DNA from: an uncultured Acidobacteriaceae bacterium
GTDB lineage: Bacteria; Acidobacteriota; Terriglobia; Terriglobales; Acidobacteriaceae
Length of the DNA stretch: 24,000 bases
Direction of reading: 5' to 3'
NCBI GenBank assembly: GCA_963812855.1
Contig: CAWEWW010000011.1
Coordinates: 196,028 to 220,027 of the forward strand
Under the pieces are notes generated by a model. It worked only from the letters and a program-made list of their open reading frames with translations, was not told the DNA's origin and ran no database searches. Shown one piece after another: positions 14,624 to 23,464 of the stretch (positions are counted from its first letter, which is position 1; every line of letters starts with the position of its first letter). A program made the position numbers and the translations under genes.

Positions 14624-16591
14624 CTAGGGTTGGCTATTGGATTGGCGCCAGCTGAGTCGCCTCATAATCCAGGGAGTCGGCAGGGTGAGATACTCGGCCA
14701 CCCACTGCGGTGCAACCGTTGCCAGAAAAACCGGCTGCAGACCCTGCTGATAGCGCTGCCGTTTCGGCCCGTCAAATCGCAAGACCCAGGAATCTCCGGT
14801 ATGGCTGATGGAGCTTCTCTGCAGAGTCTCCAGCCCTATCTTGGCTTCGATTTGTGCTAAGGAAGCTTCCGTAACCTCCTGGCCCGGGGGTACCGTCAAC
14901 TCGATTTCGAGAAAGGAAGGATTCTCCACAAAGAAGATGGCGCATAGCCGCAGGGACCCATCGCTTGCATTCCAGCCCGCGCCGTTGTACTCGATGCGCC
15001 AGCCGGGCTGAGAACTTAACGGCGCGCCCAGGCGATATTCAGCCGGCACATATTCCTTCGGAGTCGACAAGGTTTGTCCGGCCAGAATGTCTTTTATCGG
15101 AGGAGCCGCGGACGGCGCCGCGCGTTGAGCGTATGCCATCTCGGCGCCCTGCCATAAGACAAGCACGGCAAACAGTAGGCCAGCTACTTGTCCTGAATAT
15201 TGCATGCGTTTGCGGAACGGCTCCATGAGCCAACACCAGAGCCCGGTAAGGGCCGCCACAAACGCCGGAGCGAAATCGAGCATATAACGCGAGGCGATCA
15301 CCGGAACCTTCATGTAGAAAACGAATAGCAGCACGGCGGCGATGAACGACCATAAAATGATTACGAGATAGAGTGACAGCGGCGTCGAAGTGGAAGAATG
15401 CCACCACTTCCGCCCTGCCCACATTCCTACTATCCAGGCGAGGGCGATAAATACCGCATAAGAGACGTCGTAGGTGGTGAAGCACATTTCCCGCCAGCGA
15501 AGCATAGGCGACTGCCCAGGAAATATTCCGGAAGCATACCAGGCAAGATTATTAAACAATTTATCGAGAAATAAAGCTCCCAGTAATTCGCGGCCTGAAC
15601 CCAACAGCGATACTTGCTTAAAGGGATAACCAAACCGGGTAAAGTAAACGGAAGGTAGAAGCGCTCCTCCTTGCAAATTCAAACTCTGGCCAAATTCCCA
15701 GCCGCTCCCGAAACGCAGGAAGTTGGTGACGAACAGCAGGCCGCCACCAAATACAAACAGCAATACTCCGACAAGTAACCGTGGATTGCCGATAGACTTA
15801 ACCAGAGTAGCTTGAATGGAGTTGCCTGTGGCTGGCTTCCGAAGATAGCCGGCCATAATGAGCGACGCTATCACGAGCGTCGCAAATCCATAAAAGACTA
15901 AGGTAGGGCGGACGAAGCCGACGAGTCCGGCCAGAGCACAGAGGATCCAAAACCTTGACCACCGCGGGTTTCGGGCAAGTTGGATGGTTAAGCATACCAA
16001 CAGGATGCCCCAGAAATATACGTAGACCATAACTTCTTCGTAGATCAGCATCCGATAGCGAAGCAGGTTAATCAAAGGCGGAAACAGGAGGAATAAGCTT
16101 ACCGCACCCAGCCCTTTGAACCATTGCCACCGCTTCTCGTCTACTGTTTGCGGCCCTATTCCGGACTCGCTTTGCAATAAAGGTCCTAGCCAGGTACTTA
16201 AGACAAAGTAGGCGACGAACCCGATGAAGAGCGCCAGCGCAATAAATTCCGGAAAAGGCGAGAAGCCTAGTAACTTAGCCAAAGCCTCCCAGGGCGACTG
16301 CCAGATCGGAATACCTAGTCCCCAAACCTGTTGTACGCTTTGTTGGGACCAGCAAAGGTCGTGAGTTAAGTCGAATGGGTTGTGACTGAGAGCAAGACTA
16401 CCTCGCAAGAGGGCATCCGTCTGAAAATGAAACCAGGGGCTAGCCGAATCCCACGATTGCCAGGAGACTACTCCGCAGGCAGCCAGAAGCAAGAATGCAT
16501 ACACCAGCGCCACGCAACCCAGCAGCAAGCTCCATCGGGCATGGCGAAACCTGCCTGGAAGTTTGCGGTCTGGCACGACAAGGGCAGGCAT
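14624..16591 (-). CDS. Large polytopic membrane protein with a C-terminal extracytoplasmic domain (possible GT-C-like glycosyltransferase; family not recognised)
   Basis: More than 12 hydrophobic segments are followed by about 170 soluble residues (..YAQRAAPSAAPPIKDILAGQTL..EIELTVPPGQEVTEASLAQIEAKIG..). ATG 16591 lies 4 nt after the stop of the upstream GT39 gene. The track ORF start at 16681 would overlap that gene by 86 nt. Confidence 0.6.
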   Translation of the reverse strand: MPALVVPDRKLPGRFRHARWSLLLGCVALVYAFLLLAACGVVSWQSWDSASPWFHFQTDALLRGSLALSHNPFDLTHDLCWSQQSVQQVWGLGIPIWQSPWEALAKLLGFSPFPEFIALALFIGFVAYFVLSTWLGPLLQSESGIGPQTVDEKRWQWFKGLGAVSLFLLFPPLINLLRYRMLIYEEVMVYVYFWGILLVCLTIQLARNPRWSRFWILCALAGLVGFVRPTLVFYGFATLVIASLIMAGYLRKPATGNSIQATLVKSIGNPRLLVGVLLFVFGGGLLFVTNFLRFGSGWEFGQSLNLQGGALLPSVYFTRFGYPFKQVSLLGSGRELLGALFLDKLFNNLAWYASGIFPGQSPMLRWREMCFTTYDVSYAVFIALAWIVGMWAGRKWWHSSTSTPLSLYLVIILWSFIAAVLLFVFYMKVPVIASRYMLDFAPAFVAALTGLWCWLMEPFRKRMQYSGQVAGLLFAVLVLWQGAEMAYAQRAAPSAAPPIKDILAGQTLSTPKEYVPAEYRLGAPLSSQPGWRIEYNGAGWNASDGSLRLCAIFFVENPSFLEIELTVPPGQEVTEASLAQIEAKIGLETLQRSSISHTGDSWVLRFDGPKRQRYQQGLQPVFLATVAPQWVAEYLTLPTPWIMRRLSWRQSNSQP

Positions 16592-16595
16592 AGGT

Positions 16596-18299
16596 TTAAG
16601 GAACGGCCTTACTTTGCAGGTCCGATGGTATGTAATAAAGCCGCAGAGGACCCACGCGTTCCGTGGGAGGCATCCGCTCATACCAGGGATTAGGCAGGTT
16701 ATCGCGCCTGAGTTGGAACCGGGAAGCTTTAGCGAAAGTTGGACTTATAACATTCCAGCCCGGCGATGGATTGGCATCGTTCACTAACTTAACCGTGGGT
16801 AGACCATACCAGGCTTCCAGATAGTCGGAACGCATGACGCCGTCCAGCGTTCCCAGAGTGAATTCCTGCACTCCCAGCTGGTGCAGGCGTTGCGAGAGAA
16901 ACTTCAAATCTTGCCCCCAATCGTAATTGGAGTCGACCAGGATGCGATCGGGATTCTTGCCCGCGAAGCCATTGAAATAGGCCAGATAATCGGGATGATG
17001 GACCGCGACGGAGGTGACCATCCACACCAGCAGAACGCCCGCAGTGAGAGTCGAATTCATCGCTGTGCCCGCCCATTGCAGCAGTTGCACCAGCCCCAAT
17101 GCCGCGATGATGGAAAGTCCAAGGTAGATAGGCTCGATGTGACGGATGCCGATATCAATCCGGCCGAACATTGCTGGTACAAGAATGCCCAGGCTAAAAG
17201 CTAACGGAAAAAGATAGATCGGATTACGCCGTTGCCGAAAGCAGACAAAGATCCCCAGCGCCAGCAAAATGAGAAAGGCAATGGGCGTTTTGACCGCCAG
17301 CGCTACCGGAAAGTAGTACCACCAGCCGGTCATGCGGAACTCGCCAAACAGATAAGCCCCGTGGCCTCTTTGATCATGCTTCAGGGCATCTAGAATTCCC
17401 TGAAAGAACTCCGGAGCCGGCACGCTGAAGCTGAAACCGGGCACGACTCCATAGGAGAACCAGTAGGCCGCCCACATCACCATGATGGTTGCAAAACTGG
17501 CAAGCGCAAACGTTGGAATGCGCTGCCGGGTCAAGGCCCGCAATCCGTTCCAGCCAGGCCAGCGCACGGCCAGGTAACACGCCAGCGCCGCCAGCACCGT
17601 AAAACCGACATAACCCAGTGCGGTCGCCTTGGAGAGGAACGCCAAAGCCGCGCACAATCCCAGCAGCAGGGCTCTGGGGACATCAGGTTTTTCCGCCCAC
17701 AGTAAAGTAGCGAAGAAAGCAGCCCCGACGGTAGCTCCTACCGACATATCCGTGGTGGCGACGCCGGCATCGGCCAGCATGGTGGGCAACAAGGTGAACA
17801 AAGCTGTCGCCAGCACAGCCGCCGGCTTACCGAAAGCTTGCCAAGTCCAGGCGCAGACCACCAGGCAGGCGATCAGGAAGAACGGCAGATTCCCCAATCG
17901 CATGAGGAAGGTAATGCGATCGAAATTCCCCGAATTCGCCAGGATCGCGATTCCCTCTTCCCGCATATTGAGCAGGCCGGTGGGGCGCGCCCCCGCCAGG
18001 TACGGCCCCAACGCCTGCGCGGCCCGCGCCAGCGGCGGATTCTGGATGTCGATGGTGTACACGTGATTCGCGACATATTCCATGCCGCAGGCCAGGTGGG
18101 CGGGCTCGTCCGCGGTGAGGCTTAACGCGTTGTAGGTTGACACAATGCGCGCGCAGGCAATGCCTACCAGGATGACGCATAGCGCCACGCAGTATTTCTC
18201 AAGAAATGGGGCCAGACGAGTTTCCCAGAAACCGGCCTCTGCGGAACGGCCCGACGGCGACAGCCAGGCATGCCTTGGACTGGACTTCCCTATTGGCAT
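16596..18299 (-). CDS. Glycosyltransferase family 39-like (ArnT/PMT-type GT-C, lipid-linked sugar transferase)
   Basis: 567 aa and polytopic. It has an Asp-Glu motif in the first extracytoplasmic loop (LSLTADEPAHLACGMEY) and a later block, NLPFFLIACLVVCAWTWQAFGKPAAVLATALFTLLPTMLA, typical of ArnT/PMT_2-like proteins. The C-terminal domain is soluble. The assignment is by eye. Confidence 0.72.
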   Translation of the reverse strand: MPIGKSSPRHAWLSPSGRSAEAGFWETRLAPFLEKYCVALCVILVGIACARIVSTYNALSLTADEPAHLACGMEYVANHVYTIDIQNPPLARAAQALGPYLAGARPTGLLNMREEGIAILANSGNFDRITFLMRLGNLPFFLIACLVVCAWTWQAFGKPAAVLATALFTLLPTMLADAGVATTDMSVGATVGAAFFATLLWAEKPDVPRALLLGLCAALAFLSKATALGYVGFTVLAALACYLAVRWPGWNGLRALTRQRIPTFALASFATIMVMWAAYWFSYGVVPGFSFSVPAPEFFQGILDALKHDQRGHGAYLFGEFRMTGWWYYFPVALAVKTPIAFLILLALGIFVCFRQRRNPIYLFPLAFSLGILVPAMFGRIDIGIRHIEPIYLGLSIIAALGLVQLLQWAGTAMNSTLTAGVLLVWMVTSVAVHHPDYLAYFNGFAGKNPDRILVDSNYDWGQDLKFLSQRLHQLGVQEFTLGTLDGVMRSDYLEAWYGLPTVKLVNDANPSPGWNVISPTFAKASRFQLRRDNLPNPWYERMPPTERVGPLRLYYIPSDLQSKAVP

Positions 18300-18423
18300 G
18301 TGAAGATGAGGAACTCCGATTTCGGTGATAGCAGTTTACTGCAAGTCGTTTCGCAGGTTCAGCGGAAAAGCCCTTAGATTCGGGGTAAATGCAGGCCGGA
18401 CGCGAGTCTGGGGAGCCCTGGCC

Positions 18424-19887
18424 TCAGGCCACAATACTTTCCGCGCCGCGATATGGCAGAAAAATCGAAAAGCAGGTTCCCGAGCAAGCCGGGTCGACCG
18501 AACTGCGCAACAGCACGTGTCCGGCATGTTTATGGATGATGCCCAAGCTGAGCCACAATCCTAGGCCCGAGCCCTTGGTGCCCTTGGTGGTAAAGAAGGC
18601 GTCGAACACGCGTTGGCGCAGCTCGGGAGGAATTCCGCGCCCGTTATCGGCAATCAGGATGCGAACCCCTTCGCTTTGCAGGTGGCGCCAATCACGCGAA
18701 TGCGAGACTCGCAACACAATCTCGCCTCCCGGACCGGAAGCTTCGATGGCGTTGGACAAAATGTTGGAAACCGCCTGCTGCAGAGCTGACGGCAGCCCCC
18801 GAATCATCAGGTCCGGCGCAAACTGGCGGCGAACCGAAATCTTGCGCGCCGCAATTTGCGGCCCATACAGCGACAGCACGCTGTCCACCAGTTCGGCCAC
18901 ATTCAAATCGATGGGAGCGGTGGCTTCCCGGTGAAAGGCCAGCGTCTGCTTGGTGATGCGCGAGACCCGAGCCAACTCAGCCGTGGCTTGCGCGATATAA
19001 ACTTTCAGATCCGCCTCACTGCAACCTTGATCCATCAGGTAAAGCAGATTGCCCACGGCCTCCAATGGATTGTTGATTTCGTGGGCGATGCTGTGCGCCA
19101 AACGCCCGGTGGCGGCCAGGCGTTCGCTCATTTTCAGCGCTTCTTCCGCCCGCCGGCTGTCGGTGACATCCGAGACCACGAAGATCGTGCCCGAGGGATT
19201 TCCATCCTGGTCGACGATCTGATCGGTCGAGATCACAAACCAGCGTTGATCGGGAGACTCGACCTCCATTCTCTGGCGCTCGGTCGGATAATTGGCGGGG
19301 GGCAGGGTGATCTGCAGCGATTCGGCCAGAATGTCGGATAGTTTGTGCCCTTCGATTTCCGAATAGCGCTTCCCGGTCAGCTCCGACATAGCACGATTGC
19401 AACGCTGCACGCGGCCTTGCTCATCGAGCAATCCGATCGCCTCGGACAACGAATCAAACGTAACCTGCCACTGGCGCGCCGACAGCCGCGATACGGCCTC
19501 GGCTTTGCGCAGCCGCAGCAGCGCCCTCACCGTGGCCAGCAAAACCGGCGGCTCGACCGGCTGGGTCAGATAGGCATCGGCGCCGCCCTCCAGCGACATG
19601 ACCCGGCTCTCGCTGGTGACGAACGATGCCGAAAGGTGAATGACCGGCAGGCTGCGGGTGAGGGGGTTGCCTTTGATCCGGCGACAGACTTCGTAGCCGG
19701 TCATGTCGGGCAAACGAATGTCCAGCAAAACCAGGTCGGGCAGGTCGGCGGCTTTGGCCAGCGCCTCCCGGCCGGTACGAGCTTCCACCACCTCATAGCC
19801 CGCGCTCTTGAGAGTCCGGGAAGTGATGTAGCGGTTCTCTTCCCGATCGTCAACCACCAGGATTCTGGCCGGGGTCTCATCCGGCAT
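18424..19887 (-). CDS. Response-regulator receiver - PAS - histidine kinase (REC-PAS-HisKA-HATPase)
   Basis: REC: RILVVDDREENRY...DLVLLDIRLPDMTGYE (Asp56). PAS-like: WQVTFDSLSEAIGLLDEQGRVQRCNRAMSELTG. H-box: RLAHSIAHEINNPL (His269). ATP-binding boxes: NILSNAIEAS, DNGRGI, TTKGTKGSGLGL. The start overlaps the upstream gene by 11 nt. Confidence 0.9.
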   Translation of the reverse strand: MPDETPARILVVDDREENRYITSRTLKSAGYEVVEARTGREALAKAADLPDLVLLDIRLPDMTGYEVCRRIKGNPLTRSLPVIHLSASFVTSESRVMSLEGGADAYLTQPVEPPVLLATVRALLRLRKAEAVSRLSARQWQVTFDSLSEAIGLLDEQGRVQRCNRAMSELTGKRYSEIEGHKLSDILAESLQITLPPANYPTERQRMEVESPDQRWFVISTDQIVDQDGNPSGTIFVVSDVTDSRRAEEALKMSERLAATGRLAHSIAHEINNPLEAVGNLLYLMDQGCSEADLKVYIAQATAELARVSRITKQTLAFHREATAPIDLNVAELVDSVLSLYGPQIAARKISVRRQFAPDLMIRGLPSALQQAVSNILSNAIEASGPGGEIVLRVSHSRDWRHLQSEGVRILIADNGRGIPPELRQRVFDAFFTTKGTKGSGLGLWLSLGIIHKHAGHVLLRSSVDPACSGTCFSIFLPYRGAESIVA

Positions 19888-22036
19888 GACGCTGCTTTCG
19901 GGCCGGCAGGACTAGGTTCGCCTTGATCAACAATTCGTGCAACTCCTGGCTGGCGTAGGTTTCATTCAGAATGCGCTTGGGAAAAATGCCTATCGTCTGT
20001 CCGCGGATAATTTCCTCTTCTGCACTGTCCAGCGTCTTGGAGCTGTGAATAATCACCGGAATGTCGCGGGTCTGGGACCCGGCGCGAAGCTCCTCCAGAA
20101 CCTGAAGCCCGGCCATGTCGGGCATCAGGAGATCGAGAAAAATTAAATCGGGCGGCTCCCGGTCAACCAGGGCAAGGGCCTCCCGGCCGCCTCTGGCCTC
20201 GAGAATCTGGAAATTCCATTCCGACAATTTCTCGCGCAGCACATAGCGCGATACTTCATTGTCGTCCACCAGGAGCACCTTCTTTCGCGGTTGCCGCCCG
20301 GCGACTGAATACAGAGCCGAACAGAAGGTCTCCTGGTCGACCGGCTTTCGTAAGAACTGGTCCGCTCCGTACGAAAGTACTCTACGGGCCTCGTCCATAA
20401 TGCTGATCACGATAATCGGCACCTCTGCCGTCTGCTCCGCAGATCGCAGCTCGCGCACGTAGTCGGAGCAATTCTGGCCGGCCAGGTACAAGTCAAGGAT
20501 GATGGCCGCGGGGCGAAGGTTGGTCAGAGACTTGCGGGATTGCTGGAGCGAGGAAACCGTGATCGCCTGGAAATCGGTTTTCTGCAAATAACTCTCATAG
20601 ACAAATGAGGTTTCAGGATTGTCCTCGACGATCAGGACCGGAAGTTTCCCAGGCTGCAACGGCTCGCTGGTCTGCTCCTGTGCCTGCTCGGCGCCACCGC
20701 TCCGGGAATGGATCGGAATCACCGCGTAGAAGCTGGATCCCTTCCCCACCTCACTTTCCACCGACACGCTGCCGCCTAGAAGTTCAGCCAGGTTGCGGCA
20801 CAACGGCAATCCCAGGCCGGTGCCCTTTACCCGCTCCTGCACGGCGTTTTCGATCTGGGTAAACTCTTTGAAGATCAGCTCCTGGTCGGCAGGCGCGATT
20901 CCGATCCCGGTATCTTTCACGGCAAAGATAATCGTGTCCTTCGGGCCCGGCGACGCCGATACGCGGACTTCGCCTTCCAAGGTGAATTTCAATGCATTGG
21001 AGATGAAGTTACGCAGAATTTGCGACACCTTACCGTCGTCGGTGTGCATCACCGGCAAGTCCGAGGTGTCTTCGAAGATCAATTCCAGCGAGGTGTCCAG
21101 CAACAGCGGCCGCAACATGCCGCGCAGCGCGCCGAACATCTCCTGAATCTCGAACTCCTTCGGCTTGACCGTTACTTTGCCTGCCTCCACCTTGGCCAAA
21201 TCGAGCAAATCGTTGACTACTTCGTAGAGCTCCTGCGCCGACCGCTGGATGAAGCGAACCTGTTTTTCCTGCTCGCCCGTGAGATCGCCGTCGACCTTCT
21301 CCTGCAAAATGCGAGTGAGGGAAATAATGGAGTTCAGGGGCGTGCGAAACTCGTGCGACATGTTGGAGATGAAATTGGTCTTCAACTCCGAGGCGCGCCG
21401 CAGGTAATCGGCACGCTCGTCCAGTTCCGCGTAGAGCGCCACTACACCGCGGTTGGTATCTTCCAGTTCGCGATTCAGCAGTGCCAGCTCTTCTTGCCGG
21501 GATCGCAAATCGGCCAGCGTCCGCAGCAATTCACGGTTCTGCCGTTCCACTTCCTCAAACGGATTTTGCGGCTCGCGATTATTCAGTTCATCGACCAGCT
21601 TCTGGAAGCCGCTGGAGCTCATCACCGGAGCATGCGGCGGCAAGCGCTTGTCCATGGAGACCTGGGTACCGGCCGCGGCACTCTCGATCTGAAAGGAATC
21701 CATCAACCGGCGAGTTCCGACGATACCCATACCCAGCCCGGTGTCTGATTTGTAGGAGCCGTCCAGAACCTCGGACAGATTGTCGATTCCCGGCCCGGCG
21801 TCGGTTACCACAATCCGTAACGCCGGCGCGGGCTCGCTGTGCAGAGAAAACTCGACCTTACCTTTGCGCGCATAGCGAAAAGCGTTGCGGGCGATTTCAG
21901 AGGTCGCGGTGGCGAGGCGAATCTGGTCTTGCCGGTCGAATCCCAGCAGGGCGGCAATTTCGCGGGCCCGCTGCCGCGCCTGCACCACGTCTCGTTCGTA
22001 GCGCAACTCCAGCGACAAGATGGTCTGGGACTTCAT
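19877..22036 (-). CDS. Hybrid sensor kinase: N-terminal RsbT/RsbW-type GHKL domain, coiled-coil linker, HisKA, HATPase and two REC domains (719 aa)
   Basis: Residues 1-135 read LATATSEIARNAFRYARKGKVEF..VTDAGPGIDNLSEVLDGSYKSDTGLGMGIVGTRRLMD, which is anti-sigma-kinase-like. The linker reads ELLRTLADLRSRQEELALLNRELEDTNRGVVALYAELDE. H-box: SNMSHEFRTPLN (His228). N/G boxes: NFISNALKFT, DTGIGI, GTGLGL. REC1 is centred on Asp515 (AAIILDLYL) and REC2 on Asp635 (LIFLDLLMPDM). The ATG overlaps the upstream stop (ATGA at 22033-22036). Confidence 0.9.
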   Translation of the reverse strand: MKSQTILSLELRYERDVVQARQRAREIAALLGFDRQDQIRLATATSEIARNAFRYARKGKVEFSLHSEPAPALRIVVTDAGPGIDNLSEVLDGSYKSDTGLGMGIVGTRRLMDSFQIESAAAGTQVSMDKRLPPHAPVMSSSGFQKLVDELNNREPQNPFEEVERQNRELLRTLADLRSRQEELALLNRELEDTNRGVVALYAELDERADYLRRASELKTNFISNMSHEFRTPLNSIISLTRILQEKVDGDLTGEQEKQVRFIQRSAQELYEVVNDLLDLAKVEAGKVTVKPKEFEIQEMFGALRGMLRPLLLDTSLELIFEDTSDLPVMHTDDGKVSQILRNFISNALKFTLEGEVRVSASPGPKDTIIFAVKDTGIGIAPADQELIFKEFTQIENAVQERVKGTGLGLPLCRNLAELLGGSVSVESEVGKGSSFYAVIPIHSRSGGAEQAQEQTSEPLQPGKLPVLIVEDNPETSFVYESYLQKTDFQAITVSSLQQSRKSLTNLRPAAIILDLYLAGQNCSDYVRELRSAEQTAEVPIIVISIMDEARRVLSYGADQFLRKPVDQETFCSALYSVAGRQPRKKVLLVDDNEVSRYVLREKLSEWNFQILEARGGREALALVDREPPDLIFLDLLMPDMAGLQVLEELRAGSQTRDIPVIIHSSKTLDSAEEEIIRGQTIGIFPKRILNETYASQELHELLIKANLVLPARKQRHAG

Positions 22037-23055
22037 GCGGCCTCTACCTCGGCACTCTGCCGGACCGCCAGGATGGAAGCGTCATCGCGTCCGCGCTTGA
22101 AGTCGCGATACAAAACCCCGGCGATCAAACCCGGATGCCGCTTACGCAGGCCTGCATACTTGCCCAGGTCCCACTGGGTGCTGAGCCCGTCAGAATGCAA
22201 AATCAGCAAGGCGTTGGCCGGGAAATCGTATTCCAGTTCGACAGCGTGCGTCATCACGTGGCCAACCGTGCCGTTATGCGAGACCAGGCTCTGCGATTTT
22301 CCCTCGCCCACGATGGAGCCGGAGATGTTTCCCACTCCGCAATAGCGAACTTTGTGGGTAGCCCGATTGATCTCGGCAACGCTGGCTACGGCGCCGCGGG
22401 TGGCCCGCAGGGCCGCATGCAGCCGATGCACAATTCTCTCCGGAGATTTGTCCCAATTCTCCTGAAACACCGCGATGGCCAGCTCGCTGGCATCCGCGGC
22501 CCCCACTCCGTGGCCCAATCCATCCACGGCGAGGCACAGGAAGCGGTCGCCTTGTGTATGGAAGGATAGGCCGTCGCCGCACACCGACTCTCCGTGGATC
22601 GGCGCCAGCAGACATCCTACCTCGAAGGCGGAGGTGCCCGCCGGTTTTGAGCGTATCTCCACCAGCCGGGCGAAACATGCGGTGCCGTGGGTGGGGTTGC
22701 TATACACGTCGAAGCCGGCAGTCAGGCGGGCTACTGCTCCCAAGCCATTGCCGGGCGTGCCGGCGGTGGAATAGCCGTCTTTGAGCGACTTCTGCAGATC
22801 GGCAATGCCCGGGCCTTTGTCCAGCGCATACACGTCGATTCCGCTATTGGGCCCGGTTTGCCAGCCCAGCAACACCATCTCTCCCGAGGCAGCGTGAGCC
22901 AGGACGTTTCTGGCCAACTCCATCACCACGATACTCAACTCTCCGGACCGGGTATCGCTCAACCCAAGTTTTTCCGCCAGGCGCGCCGCCGCCCGCCGCG
23001 CCTCTCCCAGGTGCGTCGAGTCGGTGATCTTAATGTCGTGCTGGCCCACTATCAA
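22033..23055 (-). CDS. GHKL (RsbW/RsbT-like ATP-binding) domain fused to a PP2C/SpoIIE-family serine phosphatase
   Basis: The N-terminal part reads ARRAAARLAEKLGLSDTRSGELSIVVMELARNVLAHA...ALDKGPGIADLQKSLKDGYSTAGTPGNGLGAVARL. The PP2C part reads VCGDGLSF...LAVDGLGHGVGAADAS...VGNISGSIV...LILHSDGL. The start is proposed at TTG 23055 (or GTG 23049), 1 nt after the rsbT-like stop. The track ATG at 23115 would overlap that gene by 59 nt. Confidence 0.85.
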   Translation of the reverse strand: MIVGQHDIKITDSTHLGEARRAAARLAEKLGLSDTRSGELSIVVMELARNVLAHAASGEMVLLGWQTGPNSGIDVYALDKGPGIADLQKSLKDGYSTAGTPGNGLGAVARLTAGFDVYSNPTHGTACFARLVEIRSKPAGTSAFEVGCLLAPIHGESVCGDGLSFHTQGDRFLCLAVDGLGHGVGAADASELAIAVFQENWDKSPERIVHRLHAALRATRGAVASVAEINRATHKVRYCGVGNISGSIVGEGKSQSLVSHNGTVGHVMTHAVELEYDFPANALLILHSDGLSTQWDLGKYAGLRKRHPGLIAGVLYRDFKRGRDDASILAVRQSAEVEAA

Positions 23056-23056
23056 G

Positions 23057-23464
23057 TTATTTCCACCGCGTAATCGTAACCACCGTACCCTGGCCAGGCT
23101 GAGATTGAATTTCAAAGTCGTTGACCAACCGTTTGCTTCCGCTCAATCCCAGACCCAGGCCGCCGCCCGTGGTGTAACCGTCCCGCATCGCCTGCTCGAT
23201 ATCGGCGATGCCCGGTCCCTGATCTTCGAAACGCAGCCGCAACCCCTGGCGTATGCCGTTTTCGACGACCTCGATCCGGCAATTCCCGCCTTTGCCATGC
23301 TCCAGCGCATTGCGCGCCAATTCGCTGGCGGCGGTGACAATCTTGGTTTGATCGACCAGGCCGAACTTGAGTTGGACCGACACTTGCCGCACCTTCTGGC
23401 GAACCAGAACGATGTCAGATGCCGAGGTGATGGGAATTGCTTCAGACGCCGGCGGAGCCATCAT
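23057..23464 (-). CDS. rsbT: RsbT-like anti-sigma regulatory factor (serine/threonine protein kinase, GHKL)
   Basis: The sequence runs MMAPPASEAIPITSASDIVLVRQKVRQVSVQLKFGLVDQTKIVTAASELARNALEHGKGG..FEDQGPGIADIEQAMRDGYTTGGGLGLGLSGSKRLVNDFEIQS..TITRWK. It is collinear with Bacillus RsbT as I recall it. The start at ATG 23464 overlaps the rsbS-like stop by 23 nt. The longer track ORF prefix is W/P/C-rich out-of-frame overlap. Confidence 0.85.
   Translation of the reverse strand: MMAPPASEAIPITSASDIVLVRQKVRQVSVQLKFGLVDQTKIVTAASELARNALEHGKGGNCRIEVVENGIRQGLRLRFEDQGPGIADIEQAMRDGYTTGGGLGLGLSGSKRLVNDFEIQSQPGQGTVVTITRWK

Noticed and set aside
21020-22569. Plus-strand ORFs of 242 and 362 aa
   Set aside because: They are antisense to the hybrid kinase and PP2C genes. 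Their translations are Arg/Pro/Ala-rich without domain signatures, so they are shadow ORFs.
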